Origin: an uncultured Clostridia bacterium
Lineage (GTDB): Bacteria; Bacillota; Clostridia; HGM11327
Direction of reading: 5' to 3'
DNA: 26,267 bases
NCBI GenBank assembly: GCA_905210525.1
Contig: CAJLXE010000001.1
Location: 1-26,267 of the forward strand
How positions within the stretch are numbered: position 1 is the first letter of the stretch; every line of letters starts with the position of its first letter. Made by a program: the position numbers and the translations under genes. Under the pieces are notes generated by a model. That model was not told where the DNA came from and searched no databases. It saw nothing but the letters and a program-made list of their open reading frames with translations. Shown here one piece after another: positions 8,357 to 17,505 of this stretch.

Positions 8357-10579
8357 TCAATTAGCCAATATCTCGGAAACCGTATCCGTTTTTCCCTTTC
8401 TCTTCGCCATAGTACGCTGAGCCATAACAAGGCTGTAATAAATACCTTTCTTCTTCAGAAGCTCGTCATGCGTACCCATTTCAACAATCTTACCTTTATC
8501 CATAACAAACAGTCTGTTTGCATTCTTGAGCGTCGAAAGTCTGTGCGCAATGGCAAATGTTGTTCTTCCTTCAATAAGTCTCTGCAAAGCCTCCTGTATC
8601 TGAGCCTCTGTTTCAACGTCAAGGGCTGACGTTGCCTCATCAAGTATCAATATGGCAGGGTCACTGAGAATAGCTCTTGCAATCGCAATTCTCTGCTTTT
8701 CGCCTCCGGAGAAGTTGCTTCCGCCCTCGGCAACCCACGTATCATAACCGTCCGGAAGGTTGATTATAAACTCGTGAGCATTAGCAATTTTTGCGGCTCT
8801 TATTACTTCCTCGCGCGTTGCGTCCGGCTTTGAATATCTTAGGTTTTCAAACAGCGGACCGCTGAACAGGAAGTTTTCCTGAAGAACTACACCTATCTGG
8901 CTCTTAAGAGAGCTTTGCTGTATGTCTCTTATATCCTTGCCGTCTATTTTTATGCTTCCCTCGTTTACATCATAGAAACGACATATCAGGTTAGTAAGCG
9001 TACTCTTTCCCGAACCGGATCTTCCTACAAGACCTATCATCTCACCCTTTTTAACAGTGAAGTTGATGTCATTCAAAACGTGGTCGTATGAATTGTAACC
9101 AAAGCTTACTCCCTCAAATTCAATGTTGCCGTCGATCTTGTGCTCGGTGCTTGTGGTCTGATCTCTGATTTCAGGCACCTGGTTGAGTATCTCGTAAACA
9201 CGCTGAACGGATATCATTGAGTTTGCAATTTCTCTGGGCATTGTAATGAGCTGGTTAAGCGGAGCATAGAACTTCTGCACTATTGTATTGAACGCAACAA
9301 GCTCGCCGAGCGTCATTGTGTTGCCGATAATCGCAAGGCTTCCGAAGAAATATATTGCATACTGACCGAGATACAATATTATCGAAGTAAGCGGTCCGAA
9401 CCATTCTACAAGAATCTGGCTCTTTATATCCTGATCGGCAAGATTTCTTGCGAGTCTGCGGAAAGCCTCCGTTACTCTCTTCTCCGTACCAAACACCTTA
9501 ACCACTCTTATACCGCTTACAACGTCATGAAGTTGAGAGTTCGCGTTATCGCTTGCAATACGGAGTCCCTTGAACACCTTCTTCATAAATTTACTCCATG
9601 CCACTCTCTGTATATAGAACGCAAGCGGCGTCGGAAGCATTATAACAAGCGCCAGCTTCCAGTTCATCTGCAGCATAAGCACGGAAGCGACTATAAACAG
9701 GAATAAAGCTTTTATAAGGTTTACGGATATGAGTCTTATAAAGTTGAGTATGGCGTTTGTGTCCGAGAATGTACGGTTCATAATATCGCCCGGGGTAGAA
9801 TTGGTAACATATCCTACCGACAGGCTCTGAACCTTATCGAATATTTCTTTTCTGAGCCTTTTAATAAATCTCTGAGTAAAGTTATTATCGGATATAGCCG
9901 CAATAATATTAAGTAAAAATGCGCCGATACCAAGACCCACAACTATAAGCATATATCTTAAAAACTGCTCTTTTGTACCGTTTCCGCCAAAGCATTCGTC
10001 AACTATCTTCTGATAATATTCTACTTCCTTGAGCGAAAGCACTGTTGTTATAAGATATATAACAAGCGAAATAACCATAAATATCATATACGGCTTCGCC
10101 ATAACCATTATCTGTTTTATCGCATTACCTTTTTTACTGCACTTCGGACAAAGATTGGTTCCTCTTATAAGGATACGTCCGCATACCGGACAGGTTTTAT
10201 CATTGTCGTTATTGTAGAGCTTTACAGGCTGATTTGCCGCCATCTGATTCAGAATCTGCACAATATATCCGAATCTTACAACGTTTGTCATGGAAAAACG
10301 CGCTATAATAGTAACTCTGCCGTCCACAGTCGCTTTTATAAATGCATTTCCAACCATCGGTTTAAGCAGAAAATCCTTGCAGTCCGCTATGTATTCGACT
10401 CTTTCTATCTCTCCGTCCTGCACCGTAAGCCATTTATCCTCGCCGATTACAAACCAGCTCTCGTTTCTCCTCTGCCCGACAACGTCCATGCCTAAAGGCA
10501 CTGCGTATAATATTTCGGTCATAAGAGACTGCAAAACCTTAAGTTTTACCTTCTCAGGTAATTCATAATCAAGTTTCAT
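8357..10579 (-). CDS. ABC exporter (TMD+NBD) with N-terminal extension and CxxC-CxxC zinc ribbon
   Basis: Walker A GRSGSGKST, signature FSGGEKQR, Walker B ILILDEATSALD, H-loop IAHRLST, multi-TM domain, and CPVC...CPKC at 10139-10192. Confidence 0.93.
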   Translation of the reverse strand: MKLDYELPEKVKLKVLQSLMTEILYAVPLGMDVVGQRRNESWFVIGEDKWLTVQDGEIERVEYIADCKDFLLKPMVGNAFIKATVDGRVTIIARFSMTNVVRFGYIVQILNQMAANQPVKLYNNDNDKTCPVCGRILIRGTNLCPKCSKKGNAIKQIMVMAKPYMIFMVISLVIYLITTVLSLKEVEYYQKIVDECFGGNGTKEQFLRYMLIVVGLGIGAFLLNIIAAISDNNFTQRFIKRLRKEIFDKVQSLSVGYVTNSTPGDIMNRTFSDTNAILNFIRLISVNLIKALFLFIVASVLMLQMNWKLALVIMLPTPLAFYIQRVAWSKFMKKVFKGLRIASDNANSQLHDVVSGIRVVKVFGTEKRVTEAFRRLARNLADQDIKSQILVEWFGPLTSIILYLGQYAIYFFGSLAIIGNTMTLGELVAFNTIVQKFYAPLNQLITMPREIANSMISVQRVYEILNQVPEIRDQTTSTEHKIDGNIEFEGVSFGYNSYDHVLNDINFTVKKGEMIGLVGRSGSGKSTLTNLICRFYDVNEGSIKIDGKDIRDIQQSSLKSQIGVVLQENFLFSGPLFENLRYSKPDATREEVIRAAKIANAHEFIINLPDGYDTWVAEGGSNFSGGEKQRIAIARAILSDPAILILDEATSALDVETEAQIQEALQRLIEGRTTFAIAHRLSTLKNANRLFVMDKGKIVEMGTHDELLKKKGIYYSLVMAQRTMAKRKGKTDTVSEILAN

Positions 10580-10637
10580 AATGATCTAATCAGACCTTTG
10601 CCAACGCAAAGGCTCTCCTTTCAAATGTTAAACGCAG

Positions 10638-11192
10638 TTACATGAACATTTCGATCTTTTTTCTGTCCTTGGAATCCAGTTCCGAAAATTTGGGAATCTG
10701 GAATCTGTTTCCGTCAACATCGTAAATCATTACTTTGTCGCCGGAACCGACCTGCAAAACCGTACCTCTGCCGAGATACGTTGTGAACTTGCACTGTCCC
10801 TTATCGGTATCCACAACCCAGTATCTGTAACCGAATTCTTCGCGTATGGATACAACCTTTTTTACCGACGGCGCAAAATAACGCAGTTCAAGATATTTAT
10901 CCAATATTTTTCTTGTTATGTCGTCAAATTCGTTAAGGTCGCGGATTATACCGATTTCCTTTTTCTTGTTATTGCCTATTTCACGTACCTCGTCCTTATC
11001 GCTGTCGTCATCGTCTCTGACAGATATGTACTGATCCGGATTCGTGAAAGGGAAGGATCTGTGCAACTGAACGCACGGATAGTGTACTCCGTTCAGGTCC
11101 AGTGTAAGTATATGGCTTTCTGTTATATTGAATTTAGCTGTTTTTGGGTCTATGAATTCGATTTCAACCGAATCTATAATGCTTTCACTCAT
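10638..11192 (-). CDS. DUF1854 domain-containing protein
   Basis: VQLHRSFPFTNPDQYISVRD, EIGIIRDL, LELRYFAP, EEFGYRYWVVDTDKG, IYDVDGNRF match my recollection of DUF1854. Strong SD TAAGGAG. Confidence 0.85.
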   Translation of the reverse strand: MSESIIDSVEIEFIDPKTAKFNITESHILTLDLNGVHYPCVQLHRSFPFTNPDQYISVRDDDDSDKDEVREIGNNKKKEIGIIRDLNEFDDITRKILDKYLELRYFAPSVKKVVSIREEFGYRYWVVDTDKGQCKFTTYLGRGTVLQVGSGDKVMIYDVDGNRFQIPKFSELDSKDRKKIEMFM

Positions 11193-11211
11193 GATATATC
11201 TCCTTATTTAA

Positions 11212-13533
11212 TCAAACGCCCTTTGTCTTAAGCGCCTCTGCCTGTTTAAGCATAAGTCTGTAATATACGCCTTTATTTTTAACAAGCTCGCTGTGTGTAC
11301 CCATTTCGGTTATTTCGCCATCCTCGATAACTATAAGTCTGTCTGCATTTCTGAGTGTTGACAGTCTGTGTGCAATGGCAAGCGTTGTTCTGCCGTTTGT
11401 AAGATTATCGAGCGCGTCCTGAATACTCATTTCCGTTTCGGTATCAAGTGCCGCGGTAGCCTCATCAAGAATAAGTATCCTCGGATTTACAAGTATGGCT
11501 CTGGCAATCGAAATTCTCTGTCTTTCGCCGCCGGACATACATCTGTAACCCGCACCTATCTTGGTGTCGTAACCTTCGGGCATAGCTTCTATAAAGTCAT
11601 GCGCCTTTGCAATCTTGGCAGCCGCAATAACGTCCTCGCGTTTTGCTTCCGGATTTGCAAATGCTATGTTTTCAAGCACAGTGCCCTGGAATATGTATGT
11701 ATCCTGAGATACAAGCGCAATATTGTCGCGCATTGTTCTCGTTGCGATGTCCTTTATGTTGTAGCCGTCTATCGAAATAGAGCCCTCGTCAACATCGTAC
11801 ATTCTTGTGATAAGATTTATAAGAGTGGATTTTCCTGCACCGGAATGACCGACAATGCCTATCATTTCTCCCGATTTTATATCTGCGTTAAGATTTTTGA
11901 GTATAGTGAGATTAGGTTCATATCCGAAACTTACGTTCTTTATGTCGATATCGCCTTTTACTTTATCTATGACCACAGGATTTCTGGATTCTTTGACATC
12001 CGGTTCGGCGTCTATAAGATCGTACATTCTGCGTGCGGAATTCATTGCGTTTCTCCACCATTCCATAAAGCTGGAGAATGACTGAATAGGCGTAAGCATC
12101 ATGCCGAAGTAAGAGAGAGTACTTGCCAGAATACCGTATGACATTGCCGTACTTCCGTTAACAATGTCCATACCGCTTATAAGCCATATCGCATACGTTA
12201 CAAGACTTATTACCAATCCGTATATAGGATTGAGAAGATTTACCGTATAGCAAAGCTTGTAGTTTATCTTGAAACATTTTTCATTTATTTTATCAAATCT
12301 GCTGATTTCATTTTTCTCTTTACCGAAAGCCTTTACGACCTTCACGCCGCGCAAACTGTCGCTTACGTTTGAAGTCAGTTTTGCGCCTATGTTCCATGCT
12401 TTCTGGTACATTCTCCACATATATCTGTTTGTGACTTTGAGAATAACTACGATAACGAAAGCCGGGAATGCGGCAAGAAGTATTATCTTCCAGTTAAGAG
12501 TTATAAGCATGGTGATTCCGCCGACAAACTGAATTATGCTCATCAATGCAAACGGAATACCGCTTATAAAGAATCGTGCAATAGCGGTTGTGTCGTTGTT
12601 TATGTTGTTCATTATTCCGCCGATGCTGTTTTTTGTAAGAAACTTCATGGACATAGACTGGAACGACTTGAAAATATCCAGTTTAAGGTCGTACATCATG
12701 TTTTGCGCCATAATGTTCATATTTATGTTGCATATAACGATAAATACTGTATATAAAATATATGTAGCAACTATAATTCCGACTATAAGACCTGCCTTGC
12801 CGTACCACCAGCCGCCCGTTTCGGGATTAAGTCCCTTATCGAAAAGAATCGTACCGGACATATACGGCTGCACAAGCCCCAACGCGCTGGAAAGAAGTAT
12901 CATTATAATCGCAATTATAATGTTCTTTTTATATTTCGGAATCATCTTCAGCAAACGCTTGAACGTGGATTTTCTGTTTGTGCACTTGGCGCAAACCTTA
13001 AGATCCTTGTTGATGTACATCATACCGCATTTAGGGCAGTATGCTTCATCATTTTTGTCTTTGAACTCTGCGAAATTGAGCGCACCGTCTCTCTTTATTT
13101 TCTCTATTGCATGAGATATCTTGGCAACATCCGCAACGCAGGCGTTCGTGTAAGCCGTAATTGCTTGCGGCTCTTTTGTTTCATCTTCAAACTTAATATA
13201 CAGTTCTCCCGAAGCAACCAGATTGACAAGTCTCAATTCTTTTATGTCGCTCAGTTTGTATTCGAGATACGCTTTCTTTTTGCAAGGAATATTACTTTTT
13301 TGCTCGGCCGGTTTCCCTTTTTTTAAAACAAATCCGTTATATACCTTACTTACTGTCTTATCATACTCCACTGTCAGAAACGCGATTTTGTCGATACAAA
13401 GGAATACATATGTATCTCCGAATCCGCCGTCGAGAGTTCTGTCACAGCAGGCGGTAAGTAAGACGCTCTCCGGTCTCATGCCTTCCCTTACCAATATATC
13501 TACAATATATGGTGAGAAGAGTTCTGTTTCCAT
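11212..13533 (-). CDS. ABC exporter (TMD+NBD) with N-terminal extension and CxxC-CxxC zinc ribbon
   Basis: Walker A GHSGAGKST, MSGGERQR, ILILDEATAALD, IAHRLST, and CPKC...CAKC at 12982-13038. Confidence 0.93.
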   Translation of the reverse strand: METELFSPYIVDILVREGMRPESVLLTACCDRTLDGGFGDTYVFLCIDKIAFLTVEYDKTVSKVYNGFVLKKGKPAEQKSNIPCKKKAYLEYKLSDIKELRLVNLVASGELYIKFEDETKEPQAITAYTNACVADVAKISHAIEKIKRDGALNFAEFKDKNDEAYCPKCGMMYINKDLKVCAKCTNRKSTFKRLLKMIPKYKKNIIIAIIMILLSSALGLVQPYMSGTILFDKGLNPETGGWWYGKAGLIVGIIVATYILYTVFIVICNINMNIMAQNMMYDLKLDIFKSFQSMSMKFLTKNSIGGIMNNINNDTTAIARFFISGIPFALMSIIQFVGGITMLITLNWKIILLAAFPAFVIVVILKVTNRYMWRMYQKAWNIGAKLTSNVSDSLRGVKVVKAFGKEKNEISRFDKINEKCFKINYKLCYTVNLLNPIYGLVISLVTYAIWLISGMDIVNGSTAMSYGILASTLSYFGMMLTPIQSFSSFMEWWRNAMNSARRMYDLIDAEPDVKESRNPVVIDKVKGDIDIKNVSFGYEPNLTILKNLNADIKSGEMIGIVGHSGAGKSTLINLITRMYDVDEGSISIDGYNIKDIATRTMRDNIALVSQDTYIFQGTVLENIAFANPEAKREDVIAAAKIAKAHDFIEAMPEGYDTKIGAGYRCMSGGERQRISIARAILVNPRILILDEATAALDTETEMSIQDALDNLTNGRTTLAIAHRLSTLRNADRLIVIEDGEITEMGTHSELVKNKGVYYRLMLKQAEALKTKGV

Positions 13534-13559
13534 AGCACACCCTTAGGATTTATTTTCAT

Positions 13560-13865
13560 TTCTTACGGCAATATGACAATTTTTGCAGTATTATACCCAA
13601 AAATTTACGGCAATACCGATTACGGGAGCAAAGCAAGCAAAACAACAAGGGGGGTTGTAATCAACCATGCTCACTGTTTGGCATCACTTTCACAGTGGAC
13701 AGTAAAGATTCTGTTCCGGAAACTCCGTAATAAAACCGTTACTCAAACAACACCCGCGTTTTGTATCGGATATTGTTTCATATCCGCCGCCGAATGATAA
13801 AATAAATCTGCTCCTTTCATAATTGCCGTACCTGTAATACGGTTCGGCTTTGCCACTCTCGGGCG
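13560..13865 (-). ncRNA. Putative structured leader or sRNA, family unrecognised
   Basis: Lies directly below a consensus promoter. Contains several hairpins and long-range complementarity between 13809-13830 and 13605-13630. Confidence 0.35.
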
Positions 13866-13870
13866 GTTGC

Positions 13871-13899
13871 ATTATAACACAAAACACACCCCCTGTCAA
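13871..13899 (-). promoter_or_regulatory. Sigma-A promoter about 335 nt upstream of the ABC operon
   Basis: TTGACA (13899-13894), 17 nt, TATAAT (13876-13871): perfect consensus. Confidence 0.85.
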
Positions 13900-14065
13900 T
13901 ACAAAATACCGTAATTTAACAATTTTTTTCATGCTTATTTTTAGACATAAAAAAACAGACTTTTCCGTCTGCAAATGTACTGTTTTTGCAGTCTGTGATA
14001 TATTAGACACGCAGTTAACAATGCATACATTACTCGCAAAATCAACCTTTTCCGTTCCAAAACGC

Positions 14066-14103
14066 AAAAGCGGAAACGGTATTTTCATACCGCTTCCGCC
14101 TTT
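14066..14103 (-). terminator. Intrinsic terminator of the GH95 gene
   Basis: Minus strand GCGGAAGCGGTAT-GAAA-ATACCGTTTCCGC followed by TTTTGCGTTTT. Confidence 0.85.
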
Positions 14104-14127
14104 ATAATCAAACCCGTCAGGTACTTC

Positions 14128-16446
14128 TCAGGCTCTCAAAAATACATATTCGCGTCCCGCAACAGCCTTGAACTCTGCGACATCGCTGTTGAAATCAGCT
14201 TCAAAGTCATGCTTCATTGTGCTTATTCCGTCATATTCAACTTTTATTACAGTATCATATACAGGTCTGAGAACTATTTTGACAGCCTTGCCGTCTTTCC
14301 ATTCTATATCGACGTCAACATTGCCTCTTGCCTTAAGACCTTTTACAAAACCGTTCTTCCATGCGTCCGGAAGCGCAGGAAGTATCGAAATAATTCTGTC
14401 GCCCGTTTCGCCGTCGTGGCTCTGCAGGAGCATTTCCGCAACGCCCGCGGTAAATCCGAAATTACCGTCTATCTGGAACGGCGGATGCATATCGAACAGA
14501 TTGTTTTCGCAGCACTTTTTCACAAATTCGGAAACGTGATTATATGCGGAATTGCCGTCACGGAATCTTGCAAAGAAGCTTATCGTCCATGCTCTCGACC
14601 AGCCCGTGCCCGCGCCGCCGTTTTCAAGACGTCTGTCTATTGCTTTTCTTGCGGCATTGTATATTGTCATATCCTTACGTGTAATGACATCCGCAGGATA
14701 CAAGCCGTAAAGGTGGGAAACGTGTCTGTGTCCGAGCTCCGTCTCCTCGTAGTCCTCTATCCATTCGCAGAGATTGCCGTGCTTTTCCGACACCTTAAGC
14801 TTCGGAAGCTTCGGAATTGCCTCATTTATTTCTTTTATAATGCCGTCGTTTTCCTTTCCGAGAAGCTTTGCTGCCGCAACCGTCTTGTCAAACACGTCAA
14901 GTATTATCTCAACGTCCATTGTTGACGAATACGTAAGATACGTTCTTTCTCCGTTAAGCATAAAAGCGTTTTCCGGTGACGCGCTCGGCGCCGTAACAAG
15001 TCTTCCCGTTCCGTCGTCTATCATATAGTCAAGCAGGAATCTGCTTGCGCCTTCAAGAATCGGGTATGCCTTATTCTTAAGGAACTCTTTATCGCCTGTA
15101 TATTCGTAGTGCTCCCAGAGATGTCTGCTGAGCCACGGACCGCTGAGCGGTGTAGCTCCCCACACGCCGTCATGCATACACGTCTTACCGAAGCAGTCAA
15201 CAAGATGATGAAGCGTCCAGCCGCCCGCATGGTACATATTTTTTGCCGTTTCCGCACCCGGAATCGTAAGTTTTTCCAAAAAGTCATTGAGCAGCTCAGC
15301 CGTTTCCGCAAGATTGCACACATGAGCCGGCCAATAGTTCATCTGAAGATTTATGTTCGTGTGGAAATCGGCTCCCCACGGCATATCATAGCCCTCGCCC
15401 CATATTCCCTGAAGGTTAGCGGGCAGTGTTCCGGGATGAAGCGAAGACGTTATGAGAAGATAACGTCCGAAATTAAACGTTTTCTCCGCAAGTACGTCAA
15501 CATACTCGCCTTCTCTTGCTTTAGCCTGAAGCTCTGTAATGTCAAGATCCGGATCATCATCCGTAAGCTTTATCGATACTCTGTCATAAAGAGACGCCAT
15601 CTCGTCTGCCGTTTCTTTTTTATATTCGTCATATTTGTCCGGGTCGATTGCGTTTACTTTATCCATCGCTTCCTTGAGCGGTTCTATGCTTCTGTCTATG
15701 CTGAGCTCGGAAAAATCATAATCCGTATGTGAAGAATAAACCGCCGTAACATATGACGCTCCCGACGCCGTTATTACGTTTGCATTGCCGTCAAGCTTTA
15801 TTTCTCCGTCCGAGAATACTTTCACCACCGCCGCAAAGCGCATATTGCTTCCGCCCTCGCCCTGGTGCGGCGTAGGAAGATCGACAAGCTGACCGTTCAT
15901 CATTATATAATTGTCGTATGATCTTACCGAACAATCTCTGCCTCTTTCCATCGCAACGGAAATATCAAGCACAGACTTGTCGGCAGAAGTCTTTATTATC
16001 ATTACGTCCTTTGCAAACGATATGAAATATTCTCTTTTTACGCATACGCCGTCCTGAGTATATTTTACATCGGCAATACCCGTTCTCATGTCAAGAGTGC
16101 GTTTATAGTCCGAAGCTTCCCCTTTAGCGTTATTTTTTATCAAAACATCGCATACTTCCTGATAAGAGCGCACAAACAAAGGCTTTCCGAGAAGATATTT
16201 GTCACACGCATCGTATGCCTCTTTGTTCTTGTCCTCAAGAATAAGCTTTCTTATTTCATCTATATGAGCCGCCCCGTCCGGTGCGTCCGCACACATTTTC
16301 TTGCCGCTGTATAACGTATCATCGTTCATCTTTATCTTATCGCACGATACGCCTCCGTACACCATGGCTCCTATGTGTCCGTTACCCATAGCATATGCTT
16401 CAAGCCAGCGCTCGGCAGGCTTTGACTCATGCAAATAATTGTTCAT
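14128..16446 (-). CDS. Glycoside hydrolase family 95 (alpha-L-fucosidase-like), no signal peptide
   Basis: [81 protein letters not shown]. Start placed at ATG 16446 after GGAGG. Confidence 0.95.
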   Translation of the reverse strand: MNNYLHESKPAERWLEAYAMGNGHIGAMVYGGVSCDKIKMNDDTLYSGKKMCADAPDGAAHIDEIRKLILEDKNKEAYDACDKYLLGKPLFVRSYQEVCDVLIKNNAKGEASDYKRTLDMRTGIADVKYTQDGVCVKREYFISFAKDVMIIKTSADKSVLDISVAMERGRDCSVRSYDNYIMMNGQLVDLPTPHQGEGGSNMRFAAVVKVFSDGEIKLDGNANVITASGASYVTAVYSSHTDYDFSELSIDRSIEPLKEAMDKVNAIDPDKYDEYKKETADEMASLYDRVSIKLTDDDPDLDITELQAKAREGEYVDVLAEKTFNFGRYLLITSSLHPGTLPANLQGIWGEGYDMPWGADFHTNINLQMNYWPAHVCNLAETAELLNDFLEKLTIPGAETAKNMYHAGGWTLHHLVDCFGKTCMHDGVWGATPLSGPWLSRHLWEHYEYTGDKEFLKNKAYPILEGASRFLLDYMIDDGTGRLVTAPSASPENAFMLNGERTYLTYSSTMDVEIILDVFDKTVAAAKLLGKENDGIIKEINEAIPKLPKLKVSEKHGNLCEWIEDYEETELGHRHVSHLYGLYPADVITRKDMTIYNAARKAIDRRLENGGAGTGWSRAWTISFFARFRDGNSAYNHVSEFVKKCCENNLFDMHPPFQIDGNFGFTAGVAEMLLQSHDGETGDRIISILPALPDAWKNGFVKGLKARGNVDVDIEWKDGKAVKIVLRPVYDTVIKVEYDGISTMKHDFEADFNSDVAEFKAVAGREYVFLRA

Positions 16447-16481
16447 ATAATATACATCCTCCAAAATAAAAGTTCATATAT

Positions 16482-16510
16482 ATTTTAATATATCACAGAA
16501 AATTTTGCAA
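16482..16510 (-). promoter_or_regulatory. Probable sigma-A promoter for GH95
   Basis: TTGCAA (16510-16505), 17 nt, TAAAAT (16487-16482). Confidence 0.5.
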
Positions 16511-16532
16511 TACGTTTCTCAAAAATATTTTT

Positions 16533-16570
16533 GTTCTTATCATTGTGCTCACCTCATATCATATTAATAT
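16533..16570 (+). promoter_or_regulatory. Possible sigma-E promoter of the spoIIIA operon
   Basis: CATATCAT/CATATTAA -10-like elements with weak -35 matches. spoIIIA is sigma-E dependent in studied spore-formers. Confidence 0.35.
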
Positions 16571-16594
16571 AATCAGATAAAAGGCAGGCACGGC

Positions 16595-17479
16595 ATGGAT
16601 ATTGTTACAGATTACATAAGCTCGCTTTTGCCGCCGGTATTTGCAAAGTACATAAGCTCGCTGCCGCAGGCAAAGAAAAATATTCTTAAGGAAATAAGGC
16701 TTCGCATGGGAAAGCCTCTTGCGCTTGAATACGGAAACGGCTGTACATTTGCACAGGCGCAGGGCGTGGTCACCCAAGACGATATAACCGCGGTAATGGC
16801 ACTTCTGAGCGATTATTCCGTAAATTCGGTAAAAGATAAGCTCAGGCGCGGATTTATTCCCCTTAAATACGGATGCCGCGCAGGCGTTGCCGGTGAGATT
16901 ATAATCAAAAACGGAGAAATACAATTTCAGCGCAACATAAACAGCATAAACATAAGAATAGCCCGTGAATGTACGGGATGTTCCGACTCCGTTTTCAGCA
17001 GCATTTACAACGGCTCGCAAATATTCAGCACTTTGATAATATCTCCGCCCATGACGGGCAAAACCACGCTTCTGCGCGACATAGCACGCCGTCTCGGAGA
17101 CGTTGCAAACGTATGCATAATAGATGAACGCGGCGAAATAGCGTCCTGCTACAACGGCATACCTCAGTTTGACGTAGGCAAAAGAACCGATATACTCGAT
17201 TTGTGTCCCAAACCGCAAGGAATACCAATGGCAGTACGGAGTATGGCGCCCGACGTAATAATAACCGACGAAATAGGAAGCACCGACGACTGCCGTGCGC
17301 TCGCGGACGCGGCGCAATGCGGAGTAAGCTTTATTGCAACCATGCATTCGGACAGCATAGATTCGGCGCAAAAACGAGAAAGCACTCACAAGCTTTTCAA
17401 CGACGGCATAATAAAAAGAGCCATACTGCTCGGCAATTCAAAAGGCGTGGGAACAGTTGAGGAAATTGCCGTGTTCTGA
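16595..17479 (+). CDS. spoIIIAA: Stage III sporulation protein AA (ATPase)
   Basis: EIRLRMGKP, GCRAGVAG, SINIRIARE, Walker A SPPMTGKTTLLRD, IIDERGEIA, RSMAPDVIITDEIG. First gene of the eight-gene operon. Confidence 0.95.
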   Translation: MDIVTDYISSLLPPVFAKYISSLPQAKKNILKEIRLRMGKPLALEYGNGCTFAQAQGVVTQDDITAVMALLSDYSVNSVKDKLRRGFIPLKYGCRAGVAGEIIIKNGEIQFQRNINSINIRIARECTGCSDSVFSSIYNGSQIFSTLIISPPMTGKTTLLRDIARRLGDVANVCIIDERGEIASCYNGIPQFDVGKRTDILDLCPKPQGIPMAVRSMAPDVIITDEIGSTDDCRALADAAQCGVSFIATMHSDSIDSAQKRESTHKLFNDGIIKRAILLGNSKGVGTVEEIAVF

Positions 17480-17505
17480 TACCATATCTGAAAGGAAAAT
17501 TCAAA

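Noticed and set aside
10586..10588. Genome-wide TAG reassignment
   Set aside because: No conserved gene here is interrupted by TAG, and 0 of 20 TAG stops is compatible with normal low TAG usage.
8357..13533. Bacteriocin/RiPP peptidase-containing ABC transporter cluster
   Set aside because: No C39 peptidase motif, double-glycine precursor or modification enzyme is visible.
13600..13865. 6S RNA, c-di-GMP, cobalamin or T-box identity for the leader
   Set aside because: Only fragments such as GGCAAA and CCACTGT resemble these. The remaining conserved cores are absent.
13690..14088. 132-aa minus-strand ORF, and plus-strand ORFs 13573..13797 and 13850..14107
   Set aside because: The 132-aa ORF starts inside a terminator hairpin and crosses a consensus promoter. 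None has a convincing SD or a protein-like motif.
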